In this document: piece by piece, positions 46,847-60,403 of the stretch
Numbering within the stretch: the stretch's first letter is position 1
Layout of the letters: every line of letters begins with the position of its first letter
Assembly: GCF_009914755.1 (NCBI RefSeq)
Contig: NC_060933.1
DNA length: 64,000 bases
Direction: 5' to 3' (one strand)
From: the human T2T-CHM13v2.0 reference genome, Homo sapiens
Translations under genes and position numbers: made by a program
Notes under the pieces: generated by a model
Databases searched by the model: none
Told to the model about the DNA's origin: nothing
The model's input: only the letters and a program-made list of their open reading frames with translations

Positions 46847-49170
46847 TGATATGGTTTGGCTGTGTCACCACCCAAATCTCATCTTGAATTGTAGTTTCCA
46901 TAATCCCAACCATGTCATGAGAGGGACTCATGCGGAAGTAATTGAATCAAAGGAGCAGTTCCCCCATGCTGCTGTTCTCATGATAGTGAGTTCTCATGAG
47001 ATCTGATGTTTTTTTAAGGGACGTTCTCTCCCCACCCCCGTCACTCATTCTTCTTCCCGCCACCATGTGAAGAAGGATGTGTTTGCTCCCTGTTCTGCCA
47101 TGACTGTAAGTTTTCGGAGGCCTTCTCAGCTTTGTGGAACTGTGAGTCAATTAAACCTTTCCTTTATAAACTACTGAGTCTCAAATACATCCTTATAGCA
47201 GTGTGAGAATGAACTAATACAATAAATTTGTCCCAAAGAGAGTGGGGTGCTGCTATTAGGATACCTGAAAATGTGGAAGCAACTTTGGAACTGGGTGACT
47301 GGCAGAAGTTGGAACAATTTGGAGAGCCCAGAAGACAGGAAAATGTGAGAAAATTTGGAGTTTCCCATAGAGACTTGGAGGGCGAGGAAGACAGGAAGAT
47401 GTGGGAAAGTTTGGAACTTCCTAGAAACTTATCGAATGGCTTTGACTAAAATGCTGCTAGTAATATGTACAATGAAATCCAGGCTAGGGTGATCTCAGAT
47501 GGAGATGAGGAACCTGTTGGGAACTGGAGTGAAGGTTACGCTTGCTATGCATTAGCAAAGAGACTGGCAACATTTTGGCCCTGCCCTAGAAATTTGTGGA
47601 ACTTCGAAATTGAGAGAGATGATTTAGGGATCTGGTGGAAGAAACTGCTAAGTGGCAAAGCATTCCAGAGGAAGCAGAGCATAAAAGTTTGGAAAAAACA
47701 GCCTGACAATAAGATAGAAGAGAAAATCCCATTTCTCTGTGGAGAAATCCAAGCCTGCTGCAGAAATTTGCATAAGTAGCAAGGAGCAGAATGTTAATCA
47801 CTAAGACAATGGAGAAAACATCTCCAGGGCATGCCAGCGACCTTGATGGCAGCCCCTCCAATCACAGGCCTGGAAGCCTATAATGGAAAAATAGTTTCAC
47901 GGTCCAAGTTCAGGGCCTCACTGCTGTGTGCGTCCTCGGGACTGTGTCCCAGCCACTCCAGCCTTGGCTAAAAGGGGTCAAGATACAGCTCAGGTCATTG
48001 CTTCAGAGAGTGCAAGCCCTAGCTCTTGGCAGCTTCCACACTGTGTTGAGCCTGCAGGTACACAGAAGTCAAGAATTGAGGTTGGGGAAGCTCCACCAAG
48101 ATTTCAGAGGATGTATGGAAATGCATGGATGTCCAGGCAGAAGTTTTCTTCAGGGGTAGAGCCCTCATGGATAACTTCTGCTAGGGCAGTGTGGAAGGGA
48201 AATGTGGGGTTGGAGCCCCCACACAGAGTCCCCACTGGGGAACTGCCCAGTGGAGCTGTGAGAAGAAGGCCACCATCCTCCAGAACCCAGAATTCAAGGT
48301 CCACTGATAGCTTGCATTGTGCACCTGGAAAAGCTGCAAACACTAAACACCAGCCCATGAAAACAGCTGTGAGGGGGCTATACCCTGCAAAGTCACAGGG
48401 GTGCAGCTGCCCAAGGCTGTGGGAGTCCACTTCTTGCATTGGCATGACCTAGATGTGAGACATGGAGTCAAAGGAGATTATTTTGGAGTTTTAAGGTTTA
48501 ATGATTGCTCTATTGAATTTCAGACTTGGATGGGGACTATAGCCCCTTTGTTTTGGCCAATTTCTCCCATTTGGAATGGGGTTATTTACCCAATTCCTGT
48601 ACCCACATTCTATATAGAAGGTAACTAACTTGCTCTCATTGTACAGGATTATAGGTGGAAGAGACTTGCCTTGTCTCGGATAAGACTTTGGACTTGGGCT
48701 TTTGGTTTAATGATGGAATGATTAAAGACTTTGGGGAACTTTTGGGAATACATGATTCTGTTTTGAAATGTGAGGACATGGGATTTGGGAGGGCACAGGA
48801 GTGCAATGATATGGTTTCGCTGTGCCCCCACTCCAAATCTAATCTTGAATTGTAGTTTCCATAATCCCCTCATGTCATGGGAGGGACCTGGTGGGATGTA
48901 ATTGGATCATGCTGCTGTTCTCATCATAGTGAGTGAGTTCTCACAAGATCTGATGGTTTTATAAGGGGCTTCCGCTCCTCTCCTTCACTGATTCTTCTTC
49001 TTCCCGCCACCATGTGAAGAAGAACATTTTTGTTTCCCCGTCTTCCACGACTGTAAGTTTTCTGAGGCCTTCCCATACCTGAGGAACTGTGAATCAATTA
49101 AACCTCTTTCCTTTATAAATTACCCAGCCTCTGGTATGTCCTTATAGCAGCCTGAGAATGAACTAATACA
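46847..49170 (+). mobile_element. Complete THE1C/D MaLR provirus: LTR 46847-47221, internal, LTR 48807-49170
   Basis: Both LTRs run tgatatggttt...ctaataca; THE1-int between them; perfect 5-bp TSD attat. Confidence 0.93.
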
Positions 49171-49693
49171 ATTATTCAACACAGTCAAATGGAATTTACC
49201 CGACGTATTTAAGGCTGATTACCACTTGAAAACCAATTAATATACTCCATTGTATCAACAGGCCAAATAATTATATTAATTGATGCAGAACTATCATTTC
49301 ATGAATTTCAATAACCATTTATACTTAAAAATTTCAGGAAACTAGAATAGAAGGGAACTTTCTTAATTTGCTAAAGAATGCCTCTGCAAACCTACAGTTA
49401 GCATCATATTTAATGGTGAAAAACTGGATACTTTCCACCAAAGAGTGAGAATAAATGTAAGATACGTTATCTCACCATTTCTCTGCTACATTGCACTGCA
49501 AGTCAAAACTAGTACAGTAAGACAAGAAAAATAAGGAAAACATATATAAATTAAAAAGCAAGACACTAAACTATCTTTATTTAGAAAAAACATGATTGTC
49601 TATCAAGAGCATTCTAAAGAATCAATTTTAAAACCTTGGATTTTATTAATAAGTATAGCAAGTTTTCTGAATATTAAAAAAAAGTAATACTGC

Positions 49694-50966
49694 TTGTGTC
49701 CTTTACCCACTTTTTAATGGTTTTTTTGTTGTTGTTGTTGATGTTGTTAATTTGTTTAAGTTCTTTCTATATTCTGGATATTGGGCCTTTGTTTGATGCA
49801 CAGTTTGTAAATATTTTCTCTTGTTCTGTAGGTTTTCTGCACACTCTGTTGTTAGTTTCTTCTCCTGTGCAGACACCAAAAGCAATTGTAGCAAAACCAA
49901 AAATTGACAAATGGGACCAAATTAAACTAAGAGCTTAAGGGGAGTATTTCCAGCTTTTGCCCACACAGTATGATGTTGGCTGTGAGTTTGTCATAGATGG
50001 CTCTTATTATTCTGAGGTCTGTTCCTTCAATGCCACGTTTGCCGAGGTTTTTTAACATGAAGGGATGTTGAATTCTATCAAATGCATTCTTGAATGTATT
50101 AAGATGATTATCTGTTTTTTGTTTTTAGCTATGTTTATGTGATAAATTACATTTATTGATTTGCATATTTTGAACCAATCCTGCATCCCCAGAATAAAGC
50201 CTACAAACATATGAAAAAATACTCAACATCACCAATCATTAGAGAAACACAAATCAAAACCACAATGAAATATCATCTCACACCATCAGAATGGCTATTA
50301 AAAAATAAAAAAAAACGACAGATGTTGTCAAGGTTGTGGAGAAAAGGGAATGCTTATACACTTCTGGTGGGAATATAAATTAGTTCAGCCATTGTGGAAA
50401 GTAGTTTGTTTATTTCTCAAAGAACTTAAAACAGAACTACCATTGACCCAGCAATCTTCTTATTGGGTATATATCCAAAGGAATATAAATTATTCTACCA
50501 TAAAGAAGCATGCATGCAGATGTTCATCACAGCACTATTCACAACAGCAAAGACATGGAATTTACCTAGATTCCTATCATTTGTAGACTGACTAAAGAGA
50601 ATGTGGTACATATACGACATGAAATACTATGCAGCCAAAAAAAAGAACAAGATCATGTCCTGTGCAGCAACATGGATGCAGCTGGAGGCTGTTACTTTAG
50701 AGGAACTAATGCAAAAACAGTAAACCAAATACCGCATGTCCTCACTTATAAGTGAGAGCTAAACATTGAGTACATATAGACACAAAAAAGGGCAAAAAAG
50801 ACAACAAGGCCTGCTTGAGGATGGAGGGTGAGAAATGAAAAACTACCTATGGGGTACAATGTTTATTGCCTGAGTGATGACATAATCTATACACTCAACA
50901 ACTGTGACACAAAACATATTGATATAAAGAACCTACACATGTCCACCTGAACCTAAAATAAAAGTT
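49694..50966. mobile_element. Rearranged L1PA15/16-type insertion (segments -,+,-,+)
   Basis: Four L1 ORF2/3' UTR segments in alternating orientation, ending in cctaaaataaaagtt. Confidence 0.8.
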
Positions 50967-50968
50967 AA

Positions 50969-51344
<376 letters not shown>

Positions 51345-52157
51345 TTATAAGATAAATACAAAATTCTGATGAAAGGAATCAAAGAAAATATAAATAAATA
51401 TAGAGGGACTTCATGTCCATGTATTGAAAGACACAATATAATTAACCTATCAATTCTTCCCAAATGATCTCCAGATTCAATCAAACCTTGGTCAAAATAT
51501 CATCAGCAAGATATTTTACAGATATTGGCAAATGTATTCTAAAATTTATATGGAGAGAAAAAAGACCTAGAATGGCCACAAATAGTGAAGCAGAATTACA
51601 AATTTGTGTGATGCACATTACACAATTTCAAAACTTGATGAAAAGCTACAGTAACCGAGAGAACATAGTTTTGGCATAAGAAAAGATAAAAAGCTGACTA
51701 GAACAGGATACAGGTCCCAGGAATAACAAATATAGTTAAATGATCTTTGAAAAAGAGTAAGGGCAAGTTATTGAAGACAAAAGAGTCTTTTTTTTTTTTT
51801 TTTTTACCAAATCATGTCAGAACAATTGTATGTTCATCAGCAAAACAAAAACAAAGCAATACAAAACCTAGACACGGACCTTATACATTTCATTAAAACA
51901 AACTCATAATAGGTCCTACAAAACACAAAACTTTAAAACTTCTAAGTAGTAAATACAGGAGAAAATCAAGATGTTCATAATTGGGCAATAAGTTTTAAAA
52001 CAAAATTCCAAAAACACGATCCTTGAAAGAAAAAATACGACAATATGAACTTTATTACAATTGAAAACACTGCTCTGCAACATGCAGCATTTAGAGAATA
52101 AAGAGATAAGCCAAGGTTATAGCTGATAAAGGGCATTTATCAAAAAATACTGAAAAA

Positions 52158-52458
<301 letters not shown>

Positions 52459-53327
52459 TTAAATGCAAACAATTCTATTAGAAAATGTGTGAAAGATCTG
52501 AACATCTACATTACCAGAGTATATAAGATATCAAAATGTACTTAAAATTAAATTTCATTAAAAAATTACAAATTAAAACAAAAATGAGATAGCACTGCAC
52601 ACCTGTAGAAGGGATAAAACCCCCTTAAAAAATCCACAATATCAATTGCCAATATGAATGCAAAGCAACAGGAACTCTCATTTGTTGCTGGTAGTAATGT
52701 GAAATTATACAGCTGCTTTGGAGGACATTTTGCAGTTTCTTGGAAAGTGAAATACAGACTTATCATATGACCCAGCAATTACATTTCTGAGTATTAGTCA
52801 AACTTATTTGAAAACTCATATCTACACAAAAATATGCACCGAGATTTTTATGTTGACCTTATTCATTCCACTTGATTTTAATTATATACTAGTTTGGAAA
52901 AGACAAAACTATAGAAACGGTAAAATATCAGTGGTTGTAAGGTGTTCCATGAAACGTAGGAAGTATTGAAGAGGAGATGCCCAGGAGAATTTTTAGAGTG
53001 GTGAAACTATTATGTTTAATAATTGTGGCTACATGACACTATTTGCCAAACCACAAAGAACTTTACAGGATAAAGATAAAACTTTACTACATTCAAATTT
53101 TTTAAAAGTATATATTTAGGAGGTTGAGGAATCCCAGAAATTGATGCAGAATGTGCCAAAACATTTTAGCTGTGATATAAACAAACGAACAACCTCATTG
53201 AATAGGGTGAAAAGAAAAAGTTGTTCAATTAAGTAACTTTGGAAGGCTAAGGGTGAGGGAATTATATGTAAGTTCTACCTATTTGACAAAGTGGTTTCCA
53301 CAAGGATAAAGATTAATAAGTCTAATA

Positions 53328-55982
53328 GAGGCGTACCTAAGAGATATTTTGGATTCAGTTCCAGACCACCACAATAAAGCAAATATTGCATTAAAGAGAG
53401 TCACGTTACCTCCTTGATTTCCTAGCGCATATAAAAGTTATGCTTACATTATATCATAGTCTATTAATTGTGCAACAGCAGTAAGTCTGAAAAACAATGT
53501 ATATACCCTAATTAAATATGCTTTATTGCTAAAAAATGATAACAATCCTCTGAGCCTTCAGTGAGTTAAAATGTTTGCGTTGGAAGACAGTCTTGTCTTG
53601 ATGTTGATGGCTGCTGGCTGATAAGAGGGGCAATTGCAGGTTGGGGTGACTGGCAATTTCTGAAAATAAACAATAAAGTTGGCTGCATTGATTGACTTTT
53701 CCTATCACAAAGACTTCTCTGTAGCATGTAATGTTATTTGAGAGTATTTCACCCACAGTAAAACTTCTTTCAAAATTGAAGTCAGTCCTCTCAGACTTTG
53801 CTGTTACTTTACCAAATAACTTATGTGATATTATAAATATTTTTTGTCATTTCAACACTGTTCACAGTTCTTTATCAGCAGTAGATTTAATCTCAAGAAA
53901 CCACTTTTCATACTCATCCATAAGAAGCAACTCATCTGTAAATTTTATCATAAGGTTGCTGTAATTCAGTCACATCTTCAGGCTCGCCTTCTAATTCTAG
54001 TTCTCTTGCCATTTCTATCACATCTGCAGTTACTTCCACCACTGAAGCCTTGAACCCCTCAAAGACATCTGTGAGGGTTGGAATTAACTTTCTTTTAATT
54101 CAACTTTTGTTTTGGATACTGTGCAGGTTTGTTACATGGTTATGTTGTCCCACGGTATTGAGCATAGTACCCAATAGGTAGTTTCTCAACTCACACCCTT
54201 CTATTCCTCTTCCCCCTCTAGCAGTCCACAGTGTCTATTGTCCCCATGTTTATGTCCATGTGTGCTTAAATGTTTAGCTTTCATTTATAAGTGAGAACAT
54301 GTGGCATTTGGTTTTCTGTTTCTGCATTACTTCACTTAGGATTGTGGCTTCCAGCTCCATCCATGTTGCTACAAAAGACATGATTTCATTCTTTTTTATG
54401 GCTGCATAGTATTTCAAGGTGCATATGTACATTTTTTATGCAGCCCACCATTGACTGGCACCTAAGTTGATTTTGTGTCTTTGCTATTGTGATTAGCGTG
54501 GCAATGATGAACACAAATGCAAAAATCCTCAATAAAATAGTAGCAAACCAAATCAAGCAGCACTTCAATAAGTTAACCCAGCATGATAAGGTAGGCTTTA
54601 TTTCTTGGATGCAAGGCTGGTTCAACAAATGCCAATCAATAAATGTGATTCACCACGTAAACATAATTAAAAGCAAAAAACCTGTTATTATCTCTATAAA
54701 CACAAATAAAAGCTTTCAATAAAATCCAACATCCCTTCATGATAAAAACACTCAATGGACTAGGCACTGAAGTAACATACCTCAAAATAATGAGACATCT
54801 ATGACAAATTCATGACCAACATCATACCAAACGGCAAAAGGTGGAACCATTCCCCTTGAGAACCAGAACAAGACAAAGATGCCCACTCTCTCTATTTCTA
54901 TTAAATGTAGCACTAGAACTCCTAGCCAGAACAATCAGGAAAGAGAAACAAAAGGCATCAAAATATACAAAGAGGAAGTCAAACTATCTATCTTTATGGG
55001 TGATATGATTCTATACCTAGAAACCCCTGAAGACTCCAAAAAGGCTACTAGAAATGATAAGTGTTTCTAGAAATCAATGTACAGAAATCAGTAGCATTTC
55101 TATACACCGGTAATGTCCAGGGTGAGAGGTAAATCAAGAAAAATATCCCATTTACAGTAGCCACAAAGAAAAGCAAATACAGCTAGTCAAGGAAGTAAAA
55201 GGTTTCTACAAGGAAAACTACAAAACACTGCTGAAAGAAATCAGATAAAACACAAACAAATAGAAAAATATTCTACGTTCAATTTCTTCCAAATTCCTGT
55301 TAATGTTGATATTTTACCTCTTCCTATTATCATGAATGTTCTTAATTACATCTAGAATGGTAAATCCTTTTTAGAAGATTTTCCATTTATTTTGCCCAGC
55401 TCCATCGGAGGAATTGCTATCTATGGCAGTTATGGCCTTACAAAATATATTTCTTGTTTAATAAGACTCTTAAGTCAAAATTACTTCTGGATCCATGGGC
55501 TACAGAATGGATGTTGTGTTAGCGGGTGTAAAACCATTAATCATCAGAGCTCTTAATTTACCAACTGCATTGTCAATGGGCAGTAAGAATTATGAATTGG
55601 CCTAATATCAATATTCTTGTGTCTCAGGGAATAGGGAGGTCCAAAGGTAAGGGAGAGAGACAGGAGAACGACCGATCAGTGGAGCAGTCAGAATTCACAT
55701 AACATTTATCAAATAAGTTAACATCTTATATGGGAGTGTATGGAGCCACAAAATGATTAGAACAGTAACATTAAAGATCACTGATCATAGATTTCCATAA
55801 TAAATATAATGATTTTGAAACATTACAGGACTTACCAAAATGTGACAAAGAGATGTGAAGTGAGCACATGCTGTTGGAAAAATGACACTGATAGACTTGC
55901 TTAATGTAGGGTTGCCACAAACCGTCTATTTATAAAAAACAGTATCTGTAAAGAGCAATAAAGCAAAGCACAATAAAACCAG
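53328..55982 (-). mobile_element. Internally deleted Tigger1 DNA transposon
   Basis: TA-gaggcgtacct...gttccagaccaccacaataaagc terminus; other end agcaataaagcaaagcacaataaaac. Interrupted at 54092-55280. Confidence 0.88.
54092..55280 (-). mobile_element. L1PA15/16-type 3' fragment with 5' inversion, inside Tigger1
   Basis: Antisense 3' UTR 54092-54514 joined to sense ORF2 54507-55280. Confidence 0.85.
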
Positions 55983-58074
55983 TAGAAAACAGTTATTTGT
56001 GAGTATCCACTGATATAAATAATGGAATAAATAAATTAAGAAGATACAAATCTCCATTGCAAAAGAATTCCAAATATTTATGTAAATACTTTCTCTTAAG
56101 GAGGAGGTGGACATAACTGCCCACTCTTTAAGGATGAACTTCAAGCAGTGTTTCTGTTCTAAAAAATACAGCATGAAACGTGGCAAGTGAGGGAGTGGAG
56201 AGTAATTTTAAAGTGGAGAAATTTGACAAATAGTAACTCAGCCAGGTGATCAAGGTCTATATCAATAATGTTGAGTCATGTTGATCAAAAAAACTTTAGA
56301 TTTCATGTAATTAAATGGCATTTCTGTGGTTTTCTTTTCCAAAACCTATAGCCCCAGTCTACTCATAAGAAAAACATTCCAGCTGAGGGGCATCCTACAA
56401 AATACTTGGCCAGCAGTCCTCAAACCTATCAGGGTCTACAGGAACAACAAAAATCTGAGAAACTGTCCCATCCAAGAGCAGCCCAAGGAGAAATGATGAC
56501 TAAATGTAATATAGTATCCTGGAAGGGATCCTAGAATTGAAAAAGGAAGTTAACACAGACTTTAATGATAATGTAACAATATTGGTTCATCAATTATAAC
56601 ATATGTACCATAATTTAAAATGTTAATAAAAGGAGAAACTGCATTCCAGGTTTATGGGGATGCTTAATATTATTTTTGTAATTTCTGTAAATATAGAACT
56701 GTTTCATATTAAAGTTCTTTAAAATTATATTAAAATATTTTATTTATATTATAAATAATATTTGATATGGGGAAGAGAATTTCTAAGTATAATAAAATGG
56801 CATATATGTATATTTGGAACTTTTCATTTGTGGAGATACTAATATTAGTTTTTAAATTCTGATTAGAAATACATATGAAATTAGATGATGAACACAAAAT
56901 ATTAACAGTGATTATCTTTAGGTGGTTGAATTTTGGGGAAAAAAAGATGTATTAAAAATTTCTAATCTCATAAAATGAGCATAAATTATCAGCAAAACCA
57001 GTAAATCACAAACACAAATTTATTTCAAGGAAGAAGAAAAATAATGCATCTATCAAAATCAGCTTATTCCAGGAATTATCTTGTGTCTAGCAATAGCACA
57101 GTAGTTCTTTAGATTAACTATACTTCCCTCCTTCCTTTAGCTTATCCCACTTAATTGCTACAGTCTAATATCTCTAGGAATGACCTTTTATTTTGCAGAA
57201 TTTTCAGTTACATACTACTCCTGATAATATCTCTGAAGATGTATTTTCCCCGGGAGCTGTTTACAGAGTTTTCTACCCTTCCCTTTAGGCATTCCAAGGC
57301 ATGCAGATTTTCTCTTTCCTCCCCTAGACGAAACACTCATACAGATATGTGCAAGGGTTTGCATACATGCATGCATACACACATACTCGCAGACACACAT
57401 TGTTTTGTCTGCTCTTCAACCAGTGCCAGAAAATCATAATGGTCTTTTCCAAATGATTCTGATATAGTTCAATGGGAAGACATCCAGGATGAGAGGAGAT
57501 AAGACATGCATCCTATCTAACAACTGACTGGCTAGCAGCAGATAGGTCAAAGGCTGAAAACCTGAAGCTCTGTTAGGGCCTGGCAATCCCAAGTGTAGTA
57601 ACTGCCAGGAGCAACTCATCTTTGGAAGAAGCATTTTACTGGCAACAAACTCAATTTCAGTTACTGGATAAGTCAAATTTGCTGATTTATTTATTTGTCT
57701 GTTTTCCTGACAGATATTATTTTTCAATGCTTTTCCATGTTATTTGACATTACTTTTAAATCATATTTTAAAAATTATGGCTGCTCTACTGCAAGTAATA
57801 AATATTTAATAATCATATTATTTTAGAATCACATTTTATATTTCAAAACAATGAAAATTCTGATCATTCCCCCAGGCATATTCAGTTAATGTCAATTTAT
57901 CCAACTTAACATTTTCAATAGTAGAAAAATATTAACTTTATAAGAATCAATTCCATTCCAAATATTCAATATTTATTAATAATTATCCATGAGGATCTGT
58001 AAGAAGTTTATTCTGTAAAAGTCAGACTAAAACAGAGGAGAAGGACTTTGGGAATTTACTGCATAATCATCATT

Positions 58075-58268
58075 CTTTTAGCTCTCATGTATCGAGTGCT
58101 TACAATGCACCAGCACAGTGCTCAGTGCTTTATATGGTTTATATCATTTTACAAACACCCTATAAACTATTAATTTCATTTCACAAGCAAGGAAACCATG
58201 AAAGATAGAGGTTGCATAGTTTGACTCAAATCACACAAATGGAAGAACCAGGATTTGGATGTGGGCAT
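58075..58268 (-). mobile_element. MIR SINE
   Basis: gagtgcttacaatgcaccagcacagtgctcagtgcttta...gaaccaggatttg. Confidence 0.75.
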
Positions 58269-58269
58269 G

Positions 58270-59335
58270 TTTTTTACCTACTTGATAGAGGTATGACTTA
58301 CATGCAAAAAGCTGTACATATTTAATATGCACAACCTGAAGAGTGTGAAGTTGAGTGAAACCATCACCACAATGTTTGCATTAACATATCTATTACCTCA
58401 GAAAGTTTCTTCTTGCCCTTTTTATTTTTTTAATTACATTTTTGTGATAAGAACACTTAACATAAGATCTACCCTCTTTGCAAATGTTTAAGGGTATAAT
58501 ACAGTTTTGTTAACTGTAGGCACTATGCTGTAGAGTATGAAACTTTATGCTCTTTAACTAATGCCTCCCATTTCCCTTCTCCACAGCCCCTGGTAATCAC
58601 CATTCTACTCTTTGTTTTTGAGATTTTGACTATTCCAGATTCCTCATATAAATGGGATCATGTAGTATTTGTCTTTCTATGTCTAGTTTATTTAACTTAG
58701 CATAATTTCCTCCATGTTCATTCATGCTGTCTCAAATAGCAGGACTCCCTTCATATGTGTTATAGCAGCTTTAGGTTTACAGCAAAATTGCAAAATTGGG
58801 AGGAAGGTACACATGTGACCCATATTCCCTCTGTCTCCATAAATACTTGGCCTCCTCCATTATTAAAAATTTCCTACCAGAGTGGTACATTTGTTACAAA
58901 TGATGAACCTACAGTGACAAATCATCATCTAAAGCCCGTTATTTACATTCAAGTTCACTCTTGGTGTTATACACTCTCTGGGCTTGGACAAATTCATAAT
59001 CACAAGAATCCACCATTATAGATTCATACAGTGTCGTTTTACTGCCCTAAAAATGTACTGCATTCTGCCTATTCATTCTCCCCTGCCAACTGAACTGCTG
59101 GCAATGACTAATATTTTTCTTTTTAGTTTTCTCTCTTCCTGAATATCATATAGGTGGAGTCATACACCTTCTCAGATTGGCTTCTTTCATTTAGTAATAT
59201 ACATTTAAGGTTCCTTTCTATCTTTTCATAGCTTGAAAGCTCATTTTTTAAGCCCTGAATAATATTTCATTGTCTGAAATATTTATACATTTTATACATT
59301 CAACCAGTGAAGGACATCTTGGTTGCTTGCAAGTA
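58270..59335 (-). mobile_element. L1MA8/9-type (58270-58755) and L1MC1/2-type (58760-59335) 3' fragments
   Basis: gaacacttaacataagatctaccctct; gcagctttaggtttacagcaaaattg, ccagagtggtacatttgttacaa. Confidence 0.72.
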
Positions 59336-59446
59336 TTCAATTTAAGAATCAAGCTGGGCGGTTCCAAGGTGGCAGAATAGGAACAGCTCCTGTCTACAGC
59401 TACCAGCATGAGCAATGCAGAAGATGGGTGATTTCTGCATTTCCAA

Positions 59447-59806
59447 CTAAGGTACTGGGTTCATCTCACTGGGGCTTGTCAGACAGTGGGTGCAAGACAG
59501 TGGGTGCAGCGCACCGAGCATGAGCTGAAGCAGGGTGAGGCATCGCCTCACCCAGGAAGTGCAAGGGGTCAGGGAATTCCCTTTCCTAGCCAAGCAAAGC
59601 TGTGACAGACGGCACCTGGAAAACTGGGTCACTCCCACCCTAATACTGCACTTTTCCAATGGTCTTAGCAAATGGCACATCAGGAGATTATATCCCACGC
59701 ATGGCTCGGAGGGTCCCATGACCACAGAGCCTCGCTCATTGCTAGCACAGCAGTCTGAGATCAGACTGCAAGGCAGCAGTGAGGCTGGGGGAGGGACACC
59801 TGCCAT
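59447..59806 (-). CDS. LINE-1 ORF0-like antisense ORF, 119 aa (expression unknown)
   Basis: MAGVPPPASLLPCSLISDCCASN... matches the L1 ORF0 N-terminus; start context gcaATGg; open to 59447. Confidence 0.5.
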   Translation of the reverse strand: MAGVPPPASLLPCSLISDCCASNERGSVVMGPSEPCVGYNLLMCHLLRPLEKCSIRVGVTQFSRCRLSQLCLARKGNSLTPCTSWVRRCLTLLQLMLGALHPLSCTHCLTSPSEMNPVP

Positions 59807-60403
59807 TGCTGAAGCTTGAGTAGGTAAACAAAGCAGCCAGGAAGCTCGAACTGGGTGGAGCCCACCGCAGCTCAAGGAAGCCTACCTGCCCCTGTAGACT
59901 CCACCTCTGGGGGCAGGGCACAGCCGAACAAAAGGCAGCAGAAACCTCTGCAGACTTAAATGTCTCTGTCTGACAGGTTTGAAGAGAGTAGTGGTTCTCC
60001 CAGAAGAGAGTAGTGGTTCTCCCAGCACAGAGTTTGAGATCTGAGAACGGACAGACTGCCTCCTCAAGTGGGTCCCTGACCCTTGAGTAGCCTAACTGGG
60101 AGGCACCCCCCAGCAGGGGCAGACTGACACCTCACATGGCCGGGTACCCCTCTAAGATGAAAATTCCAGAGGAACGATCAGGCAGCAACATTTGCTGTTC
60201 AGCAATATTCGCTGTTCTGCAGCCTCCGCTGCTGATACCCAGGCAAACACGATCTGGAGTGGACCTCCAGCAAAATCCAACAGACCTGCAGCTGAGGGTC
60301 CTGACTGTTAGAAGGAAAACTAACAAAGAGAAAGGACATCCACACCAAAACCCCACCTGTACGTCACCAGCATCAAAGACCAAAGGTAGATAAAACCAAA
60401 AAG

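Noticed and set aside
59482-59510. gacagtgggtgca duplication in the L1 5' UTR
   Set aside because: As I recall, this is part of the L1PA3/PA4 consensus rather than locus-specific.
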